From positions 1 through 25,898 of IMG/VR virus record IMGVR_UViG_3300025036_000013: a DNA stretch of 25,898 nucleotides; one strand, given 5' to 3'. Positions 1-10,003 of this stretch are shown here, piece after piece. The notes beneath the pieces were generated by a model. It did no database searches, was not told where the DNA came from, and worked only from the letters and a program-made list of their open reading frames with translations. Every line of letters starts with the position of its first letter. Within the stretch, counting starts at the first letter, position 1. The DNA is from a virus. Lineage: Duplodnaviria; Caudoviricetes. Made by a program: the position numbers and the translations under genes.

Positions 1-2269
1 AGGACAGCGCGTCGTCGTGAAGTTCTCCCATCTTCTCGGTGTGCTCTGGAGTCCCCTCGGTGAGTCCGTAATCCTCCGTAGCTATCTGACTCAAGGTTCT
101 GTAACTAGATCCATCATAGGTCTGAGTCGTTCCATATTTCTCAATTTCCCCCTCGCAGAGAATCTCGCAGGTGCACGTCTCTCCGTAAGCCCCGAATCTC
201 TGTGAGGAGTCATAAGCATCTGGATTGTCACTCATATCCGTGGTAACACAACCACTTGGGGGAGGTTCATCACACTCCTCTTCCAGCCAACATCCAGGCT
301 CTCCATTTTTATTACAACACCATTTCGGCATTTCACATGGAATAGGAGTGCCGGATTTATCCTTGCACCAGCCAGGATTAGGGTCAGGGTCAGGGTCAGG
401 CTTAGGCTTAGGACTAGGAGGAATCCATGGATGCGGATCTGGATTGGGTGTTGGATTGGGACTGGTTCCGCATTTCACTTCAATATCAATAGTAGTAGTG
501 TAAGGTTCTTCTCTACTTCCCTGCACGGAAGCCTGAATAGTAGCGGAGCCTTTACCATATCCCTCAAAGTAGTTTATTGCAGCCCCGTTTATGTAGCCAG
601 AAAGATAGATATATGATCCCAACTCTACAGGAGCTGCCATCGTCTTATTTACATAGACATCCCTGCCATCGACACTGGTACCAATAAACGGGACATAAGA
701 TCCATCTGGAAAGTAGTATTTAGCTGAAGGGGGACTGGTGAAAAAGTACTTAGTCTCGCACCTCCACGTACTAGGAAGCTCCTCCACTACAGTTGCCGGG
801 ACATCCTCCACCTTGATGGTGCCCAATCTGACTTGTGTGTAGAGAAGCTCCCCAATGATAGGATTTGAAATATCAACAAAATCAACAATGCGGCCGTCAT
901 CCATTACTCCAAACTCATAGGCGGTCACTAATATCCTGGAGATACATCCTTCCGGCATTGAACAAGCACACGTTCCAGAAGTAGAATCCATACAGCAAAT
1001 GGGATTAGGGATAGCTTCCAGATCTATTCCGAATTCAGAGTCGCCATCATCATCACCTATCTCATCCGAGCACTCACAAGGATTACCAACGTAGATCTTT
1101 ATATCGTCCTTGGTCCCACCTGCCTTGGCTGTGAGCGTAGCTGTTCCACTGGTAGATCCGCCATACACGGTATTGGAGGCAATTCCGTCACAAGTGTACG
1201 TTATGAGAAGTGTTGTATCACAGTAAGGGAGTGGATTGGTAAAGGTGATCGTCGCCCCGTCGAGCGTATACCCCCCATTCAGAAGATTAGTTTCTCTATC
1301 GACATCGCTCTTTGCGTAGACACTCTGTACTGATATCGGAGGATGTTCTACGGTGACGGTGAGGTAATCAGCAGCTTTCTGTTCCTCCTCATCCACCGTT
1401 CGCGTGGATGTGGAGGTCTCGGAGTATGCTAGAGTAGCTAGATCAGTCCTATCGATGCTCCAGGAAACGACAGTATTATCGAGAGCTCTCCCATCCGAGT
1501 CGGATACTTGTGCATAAACTACTAGGCTTCCGGCTCCATCCCCAAGAAAGCAGAGTTTGTCTTCGAGAATATCTATGGAGTAGCCAGACGTACCTCCAGT
1601 AGAGGAGACCTTGATTCTGTTTCCAAAGTCTGGCCAGATTGGACGATCGAGAATACGCTGAGCCTCAATCCCCTGAATTGCTCTGTCAACGGAAGTCGGG
1701 GCGAAGTCTCTCCTGACTATTCTTATGTGCGAGTCCTTCGATGAGGTAACAATAGCTCCGGCGTACCCAGCAAGCCTAGAAATGACATCAATAGGATAGA
1801 TACCATCAGCTTGGAACGAGTAAGCAGCTATGGTGAAATCACCAATCGAGGAGTACGAGCTACTCCATGTGAGCCCGACTAGATCATGCATCTCCTGGCA
1901 GATAGAGAAGAAAGAGGTATTGGAAGCCCAAATCTTATCCACCTTCAATGCGAATGGGGCTCCGAGCTTAGCCTGCTTCGATCTTCCCCATACTCCTTGA
2001 AGTTGCGTGGCATTCGGAGTTATCTCAAGAGTCGGCCGCTCAATGTAGAATTGTCCCTGACTCACAAATCCAGAGCCGATATTGGTGAAAACCTCCAGAG
2101 CCGTATCAGAAGGGAATTGAGTAAATGAGAAGGCTGAGTAGACATCAGTGTCCACGGTATTGAGAGATAACTCACGGCAGAAATTCTCTATGTTGGACGT
2201 GATGGAAAAGGACACGACCTTAGCAGAGATATCTACCGAGTTCAGGGTGACTTTCCAAGAGTAAGCCAT
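1..2269 (-). CDS. Tail-tip / baseplate-hub-like protein with Ig-like domains and Cys/Pro-rich segments; 3'-truncated by the window edge (at least 756 aa)
   Basis: Absent from the ORF track because it has no stop inside the window. ATG at 2269 overlaps the upstream TGA (TGATG). Manual translation MAYSWKVTLNSVDISAKVVSFSITSNIENFCRELSLN... stays open to the window end (...GTPEHTEKMGELHDDALS). It lies two genes after the tape measure gene, the usual hub/Tal position. Confidence 0.8.
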   Translation of the reverse strand, partial: MAYSWKVTLNSVDISAKVVSFSITSNIENFCRELSLNTVDTDVYSAFSFTQFPSDTALEVFTNIGSGFVSQGQFYIERPTLEITPNATQLQGVWGRSKQAKLGAPFALKVDKIWASNTSFFSICQEMHDLVGLTWSSSYSSIGDFTIAAYSFQADGIYPIDVISRLAGYAGAIVTSSKDSHIRIVRRDFAPTSVDRAIQGIEAQRILDRPIWPDFGNRIKVSSTGGTSGYSIDILEDKLCFLGDGAGSLVVYAQVSDSDGRALDNTVVSWSIDRTDLATLAYSETSTSTRTVDEEEQKAADYLTVTVEHPPISVQSVYAKSDVDRETNLLNGGYTLDGATITFTNPLPYCDTTLLITYTCDGIASNTVYGGSTSGTATLTAKAGGTKDDIKIYVGNPCECSDEIGDDDGDSEFGIDLEAIPNPICCMDSTSGTCACSMPEGCISRILVTAYEFGVMDDGRIVDFVDISNPIIGELLYTQVRLGTIKVEDVPATVVEELPSTWRCETKYFFTSPPSAKYYFPDGSYVPFIGTSVDGRDVYVNKTMAAPVELGSYIYLSGYINGAAINYFEGYGKGSATIQASVQGSREEPYTTTIDIEVKCGTSPNPTPNPDPHPWIPPSPKPKPDPDPDPNPGWCKDKSGTPIPCEMPKWCCNKNGEPGCWLEEECDEPPPSGCVTTDMSDNPDAYDSSQRFGAYGETCTCEILCEGEIEKYGTTQTYDGSSYRTLSQIATEDYGLTEGTPEHTEKMGELHDDALS
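378..470 (-). repeat. Coding hexamer repeat (Pro-Xaa linker SPNPTPNPDPHPWIPPSPKPKPDPDPDPNP)
   Basis: ttagggtcagggtcagggtcaggcttaggcttaggactagg at 378-418, with related hexamers continuing to about 470, in frame with the tail-tip ORF. Confidence 0.85.
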
Positions 2270-2721
2270 CAATACGGTCCTTCTATCACAATGAGGTTAA
2301 TCTCATAGGAGTACACAGGCCAGAAGAAGGTCGCAGCTAGTACGTTCATCCACTTCCTGAATCCGTTCTGGAAGTCAAACATGACTTTCCATACCTTGAC
2401 TCCATCGGTGAAGTAGTATTGACTATCGGAGGCATACAGAGCATCCAGGGAAGTGACGACAGATTGAGTAAGAGCGTCTACATCGGAGATACCTATTCGT
2501 CTATCTCCAGCCACTACTCCAAAGCTCTGTACTTGTATTGCCCCCAAGGTCTGAAACACAGACCCTCGTTTGCTGCTCTGTTTCTCAGTCTCGTAATTGG
2601 CTTTCCCCGGCACCATCGGATCTGTTTCGAAGAACACCAGGATAGCAGGCTGAGGTGAGGCGCTTCTCGGATCTGCTGTTGCTGTGATCTCTGTACTATA
2701 GAATGCAAATTTAGATAGCAC
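2269..2721 (-). CDS. Distal tail (Dit-like) / minor tail protein
   Basis: 150-aa beta-rich ORF directly after the tape measure gene. GTG start preceded by GAGG and overlapping the tape measure stop. Function is inferred from position and size. Confidence 0.55.
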   Translation of the reverse strand: MLSKFAFYSTEITATADPRSASPQPAILVFFETDPMVPGKANYETEKQSSKRGSVFQTLGAIQVQSFGVVAGDRRIGISDVDALTQSVVTSLDALYASDSQYYFTDGVKVWKVMFDFQNGFRKWMNVLAATFFWPVYSYEINLIVIEGPY

Positions 2722-5700
2722 GGACCAACCTCATCTTTTCGAGTCTGTCTGAAAACTCTTTTATCATATTCTGACTATCCTTGTCTTGCACAACTACCGG
2801 ATACTCTTTGTCATCGAGGCGGAAATGCACGATCATGTGAGATTTGGATACAGTGGAGCTTTCCTCACTCCTCATAATGTTCGATACGGACTTACTCCCT
2901 GAGAGTGCCTCGATGATTGATGGGAGCAGAGATTCCCGCACGTTACTTCCTGAAACCAAACCTCCCGTGGCAAATGCGCTCTTTCCGTAGCTGGCTACCA
3001 TCCCAATGGAAGTTCTTGCTCTAGCACGAAGCATTCTGATGAGGGCCATGGCAGCTAAAGTGGAAAATCTGGAGAGATTTCCTCCGAATTTATTCCAGAA
3101 GTCGAAGAAGCGAACCCCTAGTCCCTTCACTGACTCCTTCTTGATCACATACTCGCCGTCCTCCACAAGTATGTTTCGTTTATCTCCCCCTCCGTACCCA
3201 GGTACCGCCCCATCGTACAATGAGGTACCCCCGCCACTTGCGAATCCTTGCACCTTCCCACCTGTTCGGTAACGCCCCACCTCTCCCCCATATCTATCGG
3301 ATTCAGAGGGAGCAGCTCCGGATGGAGCAGCTCCGGAGGAAGTATAGATGGTATTGACTATTATATTCACGGTCTTATTAATTAATTCGTCATAGATTTT
3401 CTTGAGCTGTAGAAGTCCTTCCATTCCCTCGATAGCGAGTTGAATCAAGACTTGTAAAGGTCCCGCTATCAGAACATCAATAATCTTCTTGAGTTTCTCC
3501 AGCTCCTTCATAGCCGGACTGATATCGGCGGTCATCTCAATATGGGCTTTCAGTTCATTGTAGTCGTCTCTCAGACTATCCAGTTCGGACTTTATCCTAG
3601 TAACCGCATCAGTGATCGATTGCTCGGAAGTCCCGAAGGACATTGTGACATCAATGCCTTGCGCGACATAGGTACGGAGACTGTCAATGAGCCCCTGGAC
3701 TTCAGCTATCTTCTCGGAGATATAGGTCTCCGAAGAGCCCTTGCCCTTGAACTCAACTATTACAGACAAGTCCATATCGGAGATCGAGGCTTTTAGAGCG
3801 TCAAGCTGTTTCTGGACACTCTCGGTGTCGAGCTTTATGGCCTGAGTACTGATATCCTGTACTAATTGTTTGTATTCCTCGACTTTAGTCTTGATTCTTC
3901 CAAGAGTAGTTTCCAGCGTGTCAAACTCATTCTTGTACGCATCCAGGGAAGCTTTGGCGGTAGTCTTTCTAAGTTCCATCGCCTCATTGTACTTAGCTAT
4001 CGCCCCTTCCTTGGTATCCGTCATGGTCTTATACTGATCGGCCACTTTCTGTAGTGCTTGTAGCTCGTCTTCGTACTTCTTCACATCCGCAGCTTCAGGC
4101 TTCTTCTCGGCTTTCTCACTGCGGAGCTTAGCTTCGGTTTCCCTCATTTTCTCCTGAGTTTTAGTGTACTCCTTCATAGCAGTAATGACATCAGAGTAAT
4201 ATTGCTTAGCTATGGCGGAGGCTTCCTTTGCCCAGTCTTCGGCCTCTTTGTAATTACCCTGGCTAAGAGCGGAATTGGACTTCGCGAGAGCCTCCGCATA
4301 AGCCTTGCTGGAATCGGCAACCTTCTGGACAGCAGACATATCCTGCCTGGAGAGATCCCGCAAGGTACTCTGACGCTCGGTCTCGATATTCACAATGCGT
4401 TGGGAAGTCTCGGCTATTTTCTGAGCCAGTTTTTCTTGTTCAGCAATGATACTACTAGACAAATTCTGATAGAAGCTGAGTAGGGTGCTATATGCCTCTT
4501 TACGCTGTTCAATGCTCTTCCTCTCAATTTCTACTATTTTGTCGGCGCGTTTCTTCTCCACATCCACGATCTTGCTCGCCAGATCCTCATGCAGCTCAGG
4601 AGCACGATTGTACTCAGCAACCAGAGTGTCGTAGTAAGTATTAGCTATCCCTTCTCTAGTTAGAGCCTCCTCCTTGGCAATCCTTTCTTTCTCACTGGCA
4701 GCAGCTTCGGCCAAACGGATGCTCTCTCGATAGCTCTCCTCATCCAAACGGAAACGTTCACGAGCGACTCTGTCCACGGACGCCCCGGACATCTCCAGGA
4801 TGCGAATCTTCTGATCGGCATTTCTCTTTATCAGTGTAAGCTCGGTGTCGTATTGTTTCTGCACCTTGCTAAGATCACCCTCGAACGGTTTCCCGGCTAC
4901 ATCAATACTTTTGCTGACCAGACGTTCGTATTCGGTGAGGAAGCTCTTGTAAATCTTGAGCTTTTCCTTAGCGGTCTTCTCAGCCTCTTTAATCTCTTGA
5001 GCGGAGGCACTCTTAACATTTTTAAGGAACTGGTCTAGTGCCTTAGCTTTTTCCTCATTTATCTGTTCATCAATCTGAGTCTGAGTCAGAAAGGCAGCTT
5101 CCCCAGCTTTCTGAATGCTGTCAATCTTCTTATCCATTCCCTGCGCGGTAACAGCCAAGTCTGCTTTACCAAGATCATCCAGGGAGTCGTAGAGATCCTC
5201 CCATTCTAATCCCAGAGCCCTCACCATCTTTCTCTGCTCTTCCAGCTTGGCGTTATCAGACATGATATCCCAAGCTGCTTCTAATGCCTCGGCGGAGGAT
5301 TTCATATCCTGTAGTGATCCATCTACCTCCTCTACCGACAACCCCAATTCAGAAAGATCAACATCCTCTCCAAGTTCTCTGAGTTTCGCAGCAGTGACGG
5401 CAGATACTACCTTGAGATCTTTCATTTTGTCTTCAAGTAAGACTATAGACTTATTGACATTTTTGGCGGGATTCTCAACCAGACCGAGGGAAGCTGCAAA
5501 CTGCGCAGCTCCAATTCCCAACTGTTTGAAGAATCCAGAGGGAGTTCCCTTCACCAAAACTAGATTAAAATACTCCACAAATTCACTAGCTGACAACCCG
5601 GATTGCTTCAATGACAGGGAGAGTGCCCGCGCTTCATCCTTGAGCTGTTTCATCTGACCTTTCTGATTATCCAGAGCTTTTATCAGATTCTCTTTCTGAA

Positions 5701-8700
5701 GCTCTTGCATCTTCTCGGTCAGATCCCCAACAGCAGTCGCTTGTTCCTCAACAGTTTTGGTAGTATCTGAGAAATTCTCCCTAAGCTGGGGAAAACTATG
5801 AACAATCCTGGACACCATATTGTCGTATTCCGTAGAACCGACGGTAAGCGCAGAGAGTTTCTCATTATACCTTTCGAGAGAGTCCGCGCTGGCTCCGAAC
5901 ACAGCGGCATTCTTCTCGAACCTTTGATTAGCCTCGGAAAAGGCGCTGCTCAAGGCACCAATCCCAGCTACCGTAGCCATTATAGCCGTTAGGAGAGCAA
6001 TGTACGGATTCCTACTCAAGAAGGTTAGCATGGTGGCTAATGCAGCTTTAGCCCCAGCAAGTGCTACACTAAGTAGACCAAACTCCTTCACCATGGCAGA
6101 GGTAGCACTGATAGTAGCCCCTGTGGAAAATGCAGATAGTGCTATAGTCAATCCAGCGATACCTGCGGTGAGGACGGTCACCACGACTAGCATCCCAGTA
6201 ATAGCTACGGTGATCTTACCGATAGGAGTGGAAGCTAGCCAAGTCAGTGCCTGGACCACATCCCCAATTACACTATAAAACACCCTGAAAGCTGAGGAGA
6301 GGCCTCCCTCCCCCAAAGCAATCCCCAACAAGCTCAACTTATCAAGTAGGTTCTTAGATATATTACTAAGGCCTTCCATCTGTTTCTCAGCCATGGCGGT
6401 GGCGGCACCGGTCCCCTCGGCTATGGCCTTGTACATTCTATCGAAGCCAGTGATTCCCTGCTCAATCAGTACCGCTATGGCAGGGGCTCCACGCAACCCG
6501 AACAACTCGAAGGCAGTCCCAGCATCCGTAATGACTCCAGACAGTCTTTGGATAATCTCCCGCATGGAATGAAGCTTCGGATTGACGCTATCCATACTAA
6601 GCCCGGCAGAAATGAATGCTTCACGAATCTTCTTTGTAGGAGAAACCAATCTTCCCAGCACTTGCCTGAGACCTGTACCGATGGTAGATGCACGGACACC
6701 AGCATTTGCCAGTTCCATCATTACAGCTACCACTTCTTCCAATTCCATACCAGCGAGCCTTGCGATAGGCCCGACATAGTTGAAAGCGATTCGCAACTTC
6801 TCGACGGTCAACTTGGATCTGTTCACCGCTACCGCAAATACATCAGCCACTCTGCCAGCTTCACGAGCTTCCAGGCCAAAGGCGCGGATGGTAGTAGTGA
6901 GCAGATCCGAGGAAGTCTTGAGATCGGTCATGGTTCCCGTGGAGAGCATGGCTATGGCATTGATTGAATCCAGAGCCTCCCCAGCCGTAAAGCCCGCCTG
7001 TCCAAGAAGAATCATACCGTCTGATACTTCCTGGACCGAGTACCTAGTGGTAGCAGCGACTTCCGAGATAGCGTCCCCCATCGCGGAGACTTCACCATCG
7101 GTAGCCTTGGTAATGGCTTGCAAATTCTTGATAGACTGATCAAACTCGAATATTGCGGATATTGCCCCACTCACAGCACTGGTGAATGCGTAGAAGAAGG
7201 CCCCGGCCGCCGCATAGGAAGCGATAATCCCAAAGGAACTAGCTAGCTTGGAGACTCCCACCGCGAAGCGCTCATTGAGAGACGCTGCGTGTCTAGTAGC
7301 CTCTCCCATTTGCACTATTCCAGCCTTGGTAAACTTCAACTGCCCAGCCAGCCGCCCCTGTAGAAGAGCATTCCTGTCCACGGAAGCAGCCCACGCATCC
7401 CCATCTTTACCAGCACCCTTGAGCGACTCAGCATGTCGCACTATAGCGTCATCGGTTTCCTTGACCATACGCTTCATATACTCGAACTTACTATTATTCA
7501 GCCCGAGAGATTCCCCGAACTCCTTGACTTTACCCTTAGCCCAGTCAGAGTATTTCCCCATCCCCTCCAACTCTTTAACCAGAGGGGCGGACGCTCCAGC
7601 AGAGGCAGCAGCGGCCTTGGACATCATCCCAATTTCTTCAGCCAGGGAAGTAGAAACTCCGAGAGCCTTCCCAGCCTCGGTGGTGTACATCTGTATACCA
7701 GATGCGGTGTATGTGATATTCCCAGCCAACTTTTGGCTGACGACCGCCGAACGATCCACGGCTCGCGCCCAGGCGTCTCCATCCTTCCCAGCCTGGCGCA
7801 TGGTCTCCGCGGTCTTCCAGATAGCTCTCTCCGCAGATATGAGTTGCTGCTTCGACGTTTGATATGCTTGGGAGTTTACTCCTAGCTGCTGCCCAAGCTT
7901 GAAAAGTTCGGTCCTGAATTTGACTGCTCCGTCGGCATACTTCAGCGTTTCACCATGCAATGCTCTGAGGGAGGATGAGACAGCCACGGCGGGAGATTCA
8001 ATCAGTCGCATATTCTTAGCGACACTTCCAACAACCCCGGCAGCTTCAGCAGCTCCCTCGGAGACCCACTGCAAGCTACCTCCGACTATCTTCAGGGATC
8101 CCTCTAGCATTTGAGAGCGTAAGGCTACGGTATTCAAGGAGTTCTTGAAGATATCCCCGTTTCTCCCTGCCCTCTGAAAAGTTACAGCAGTTTTATCGAC
8201 AGCAGAGGCTAACGCTGAATGTTGTAAGGCAGCTTCTCTGTAGACAATGGAGTTGACACCAAACTGTTTCCCAAGCTGAGCAAGCTCGACCCTGGCCTCC
8301 CTGGAGAAACCAGCGGTTCCTTGCATAGCCTTCTTAAACTCAAGAAGAGAGCCACTGATACCGACGGTCTTCCGTGCCACCATCCCGTACTTCTCTGCGA
8401 AGTCTCCAGCTACTCCAGCAGCCTCGGCGGCACTCTTGGAAACCCATTGTAAACCAGAGGAGGTGAGCTTCAATTGCCCATTCAATAACTGAGCTTGTAG
8501 TCCTGAAGCGTTGATAGATTGCGCGAACAGTTCTCCGTTTACTCCTGTCTCTGATAGACGGAGCCCTGTCTTGTATGCAGAGTCAGCGAGCTTACGCATC
8601 TGAGACTCAGACAGGCGAACAGCAGCCTCGGATTTACCGATTGCATCCGTACTTCCTATGAGAGCTTTCTGGAAGTTGGCTGCATACGTAGAGGCATTCC

Positions 8701-10003
8701 CCATCGCCTTCTGATATGTAGTCAGGCTGCTCCCTACCGAATGCAGTCCTGGAGCAACCCTAGCTACCGCATCACCCATCAATCCCATATTTGAAGCTAG
8801 GTTGTCGGTGATCCCGAGTGCAGCCCTGGCGGCAGAGGTCATGGTGACAATGCCGTCTTTGGTAAATTTCACGTTACCAGTTAGTTTTTGGCTAGCTATA
8901 GCTCCTCTATCAACAGACCTGGCCCAGGAGTCTCCGTCAGCTCCAGCACGATTCATTGCGATACGAGTACGCTGAACCGCACGCTCCATCTCTTGGAGCT
9001 GCCGCTTTCCCTCTCGAAAAACTATAGAGGATGTTCCATAGGTTTTTAGAAGCTTGGCAAGCTCTGCTTGGTAAGATCTGGATTCTCCAGAAGCGAGTTT
9101 GAGTTCCTTCTCGGTAGCGGTAAGAGGTGCAACGGTGGCTTGAGCAGCGGTAGTTACCGCCTTGATGGTATCAGGAAGAATCCTGATTCGGCCAACTGCT
9201 TCCTGTGCTACCAATCCGAGTCGGTTAGCTGAACGATAGAATGTCTCACCGGCCTTCCCGGCGGCATTCATCTGATTCTTCATGCGAAGAAGTGTATCGT
9301 CGAGAGTCTCCAGCTTCCTCGCGTAGATCTGGAACTCCCTCCCAGATTTGCTGGTAGAATCAGCCAAGGTTTGCAATGAACGCTTGAACTCATTACTCCT
9401 CCCAGAGTTCTTGCTCATTACCTTGTCGAAGTCGGTAGCATTCGCTTTAACCAGACCAAGAGAAGACGCGAGCTTCCCACTCACATCAGCAGCCCTAGCA
9501 GCATCTCGCGAGAAGAAGGTAATCCCATCAGCAGCGAGTTTAATCTCCCCGGCAGCTTCAGCATGGAGAAGACGAACCCTGCTTACCGACTCAGCCCACG
9601 TCTTTCCAGCCGCCCCAGCTCTGGTCATGGTCCGAGCTGTAGCCATAATAGCCTGCTCAGCTCGGTAGAAATCTTTTACATTACTTCGTAGAGCAGTCCC
9701 CTCCCTGCCATGCGCTCCAACGGAAGCATTCAGTTCACCACGAAATTTTGCGTACTCATCCGAGGCTCGTCCCATCACTTTAGCAAAATCAGACAGCTCC
9801 GTACCAGACTCGGAGGAAGCCTTGGATACCGTTTTCAGTGCTTGTGCAACAGACTTGAGATTAGCTACCGAGGAGCCCTTGATTGAAGCAAGAGCGGAGT
9901 TGATGCTAACTACTAATTCCTTTATCTCCCTGATGGCATCAGTGAGAGAGGGATCTATTTTTCCATCGAAGATAGTTCCTAGATGTAAAGTATCAGTCGG
10001 CAT
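2711..10003 (-). CDS. Tail tape measure protein (TP901-type core), 2430 aa
   Basis: Very long Ala/Gly/Leu-rich helical ORF after the chaperone pair. TP901-like core FDQSIKNLQAITKAT...LGQAGF...AGRVADVFAVAVNRS...ASTIGTGLRQVL at about 7145-6340, followed by hydrophobic segments, coiled coils and a C-terminal FASGG...GDK...GEYVI motif. RBS GGAGGTAGAAAGGA. Confidence 0.95.
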   Translation of the reverse strand: MPTDTLHLGTIFDGKIDPSLTDAIREIKELVVSINSALASIKGSSVANLKSVAQALKTVSKASSESGTELSDFAKVMGRASDEYAKFRGELNASVGAHGREGTALRSNVKDFYRAEQAIMATARTMTRAGAAGKTWAESVSRVRLLHAEAAGEIKLAADGITFFSRDAARAADVSGKLASSLGLVKANATDFDKVMSKNSGRSNEFKRSLQTLADSTSKSGREFQIYARKLETLDDTLLRMKNQMNAAGKAGETFYRSANRLGLVAQEAVGRIRILPDTIKAVTTAAQATVAPLTATEKELKLASGESRSYQAELAKLLKTYGTSSIVFREGKRQLQEMERAVQRTRIAMNRAGADGDSWARSVDRGAIASQKLTGNVKFTKDGIVTMTSAARAALGITDNLASNMGLMGDAVARVAPGLHSVGSSLTTYQKAMGNASTYAANFQKALIGSTDAIGKSEAAVRLSESQMRKLADSAYKTGLRLSETGVNGELFAQSINASGLQAQLLNGQLKLTSSGLQWVSKSAAEAAGVAGDFAEKYGMVARKTVGISGSLLEFKKAMQGTAGFSREARVELAQLGKQFGVNSIVYREAALQHSALASAVDKTAVTFQRAGRNGDIFKNSLNTVALRSQMLEGSLKIVGGSLQWVSEGAAEAAGVVGSVAKNMRLIESPAVAVSSSLRALHGETLKYADGAVKFRTELFKLGQQLGVNSQAYQTSKQQLISAERAIWKTAETMRQAGKDGDAWARAVDRSAVVSQKLAGNITYTASGIQMYTTEAGKALGVSTSLAEEIGMMSKAAAASAGASAPLVKELEGMGKYSDWAKGKVKEFGESLGLNNSKFEYMKRMVKETDDAIVRHAESLKGAGKDGDAWAASVDRNALLQGRLAGQLKFTKAGIVQMGEATRHAASLNERFAVGVSKLASSFGIIASYAAAGAFFYAFTSAVSGAISAIFEFDQSIKNLQAITKATDGEVSAMGDAISEVAATTRYSVQEVSDGMILLGQAGFTAGEALDSINAIAMLSTGTMTDLKTSSDLLTTTIRAFGLEAREAGRVADVFAVAVNRSKLTVEKLRIAFNYVGPIARLAGMELEEVVAVMMELANAGVRASTIGTGLRQVLGRLVSPTKKIREAFISAGLSMDSVNPKLHSMREIIQRLSGVITDAGTAFELFGLRGAPAIAVLIEQGITGFDRMYKAIAEGTGAATAMAEKQMEGLSNISKNLLDKLSLLGIALGEGGLSSAFRVFYSVIGDVVQALTWLASTPIGKITVAITGMLVVVTVLTAGIAGLTIALSAFSTGATISATSAMVKEFGLLSVALAGAKAALATMLTFLSRNPYIALLTAIMATVAGIGALSSAFSEANQRFEKNAAVFGASADSLERYNEKLSALTVGSTEYDNMVSRIVHSFPQLRENFSDTTKTVEEQATAVGDLTEKMQELQKENLIKALDNQKGQMKQLKDEARALSLSLKQSGLSASEFVEYFNLVLVKGTPSGFFKQLGIGAAQFAASLGLVENPAKNVNKSIVLLEDKMKDLKVVSAVTAAKLRELGEDVDLSELGLSVEEVDGSLQDMKSSAEALEAAWDIMSDNAKLEEQRKMVRALGLEWEDLYDSLDDLGKADLAVTAQGMDKKIDSIQKAGEAAFLTQTQIDEQINEEKAKALDQFLKNVKSASAQEIKEAEKTAKEKLKIYKSFLTEYERLVSKSIDVAGKPFEGDLSKVQKQYDTELTLIKRNADQKIRILEMSGASVDRVARERFRLDEESYRESIRLAEAAASEKERIAKEEALTREGIANTYYDTLVAEYNRAPELHEDLASKIVDVEKKRADKIVEIERKSIEQRKEAYSTLLSFYQNLSSSIIAEQEKLAQKIAETSQRIVNIETERQSTLRDLSRQDMSAVQKVADSSKAYAEALAKSNSALSQGNYKEAEDWAKEASAIAKQYYSDVITAMKEYTKTQEKMRETEAKLRSEKAEKKPEAADVKKYEDELQALQKVADQYKTMTDTKEGAIAKYNEAMELRKTTAKASLDAYKNEFDTLETTLGRIKTKVEEYKQLVQDISTQAIKLDTESVQKQLDALKASISDMDLSVIVEFKGKGSSETYISEKIAEVQGLIDSLRTYVAQGIDVTMSFGTSEQSITDAVTRIKSELDSLRDDYNELKAHIEMTADISPAMKELEKLKKIIDVLIAGPLQVLIQLAIEGMEGLLQLKKIYDELINKTVNIIVNTIYTSSGAAPSGAAPSESDRYGGEVGRYRTGGKVQGFASGGGTSLYDGAVPGYGGGDKRNILVEDGEYVIKKESVKGLGVRFFDFWNKFGGNLSRFSTLAAMALIRMLRARARTSIGMVASYGKSAFATGGLVSGSNVRESLLPSIIEALSGSKSVSNIMRSEESSTVSKSHMIVHFRLDDKEYPVVVQDKDSQNMIKEFSDRLEKMRLVRAI
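7260..9790 (-). repeat. Seven degenerate tandem repeats of about 110-135 aa in the tape measure N-terminal region
   Basis: Recurring motif M..AG.(D/N)G(D/E).(W/F)A.S(V/I)(D/N)R......L.G.(I/L)K.T..G(I/L): AGAAGKTWAESVSR, AGKAGETFYRSANR, AGADGDSWARSVDR, TGVNGELFAQSINA, AGRNGDIFKNSLNT, AGKDGDAWARAVDR, AGKDGDAWAASVDR. Confidence 0.85.

Noticed and set aside
378-418. Telomere-like TTAGGG/TCAGGG/TTAGGC hexamers
   Set aside because: They are the reverse complement of Pro-Asn/Pro-Asp/Pro-Lys codons in a proline linker, and are short and internal.
17-2128. Short plus-strand ORFs listed in the first 2.2 kb, and the impression that this region is non-coding
   Set aside because: The region is fully occupied by one minus-strand ORF starting at 2269 that runs off the window.
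3309-3340. 15-bp direct repeat containing GGAGCAGCTCC as an operator or att site
   Set aside because: It encodes SGAAP twice in a low-complexity tape measure linker, with no other support.
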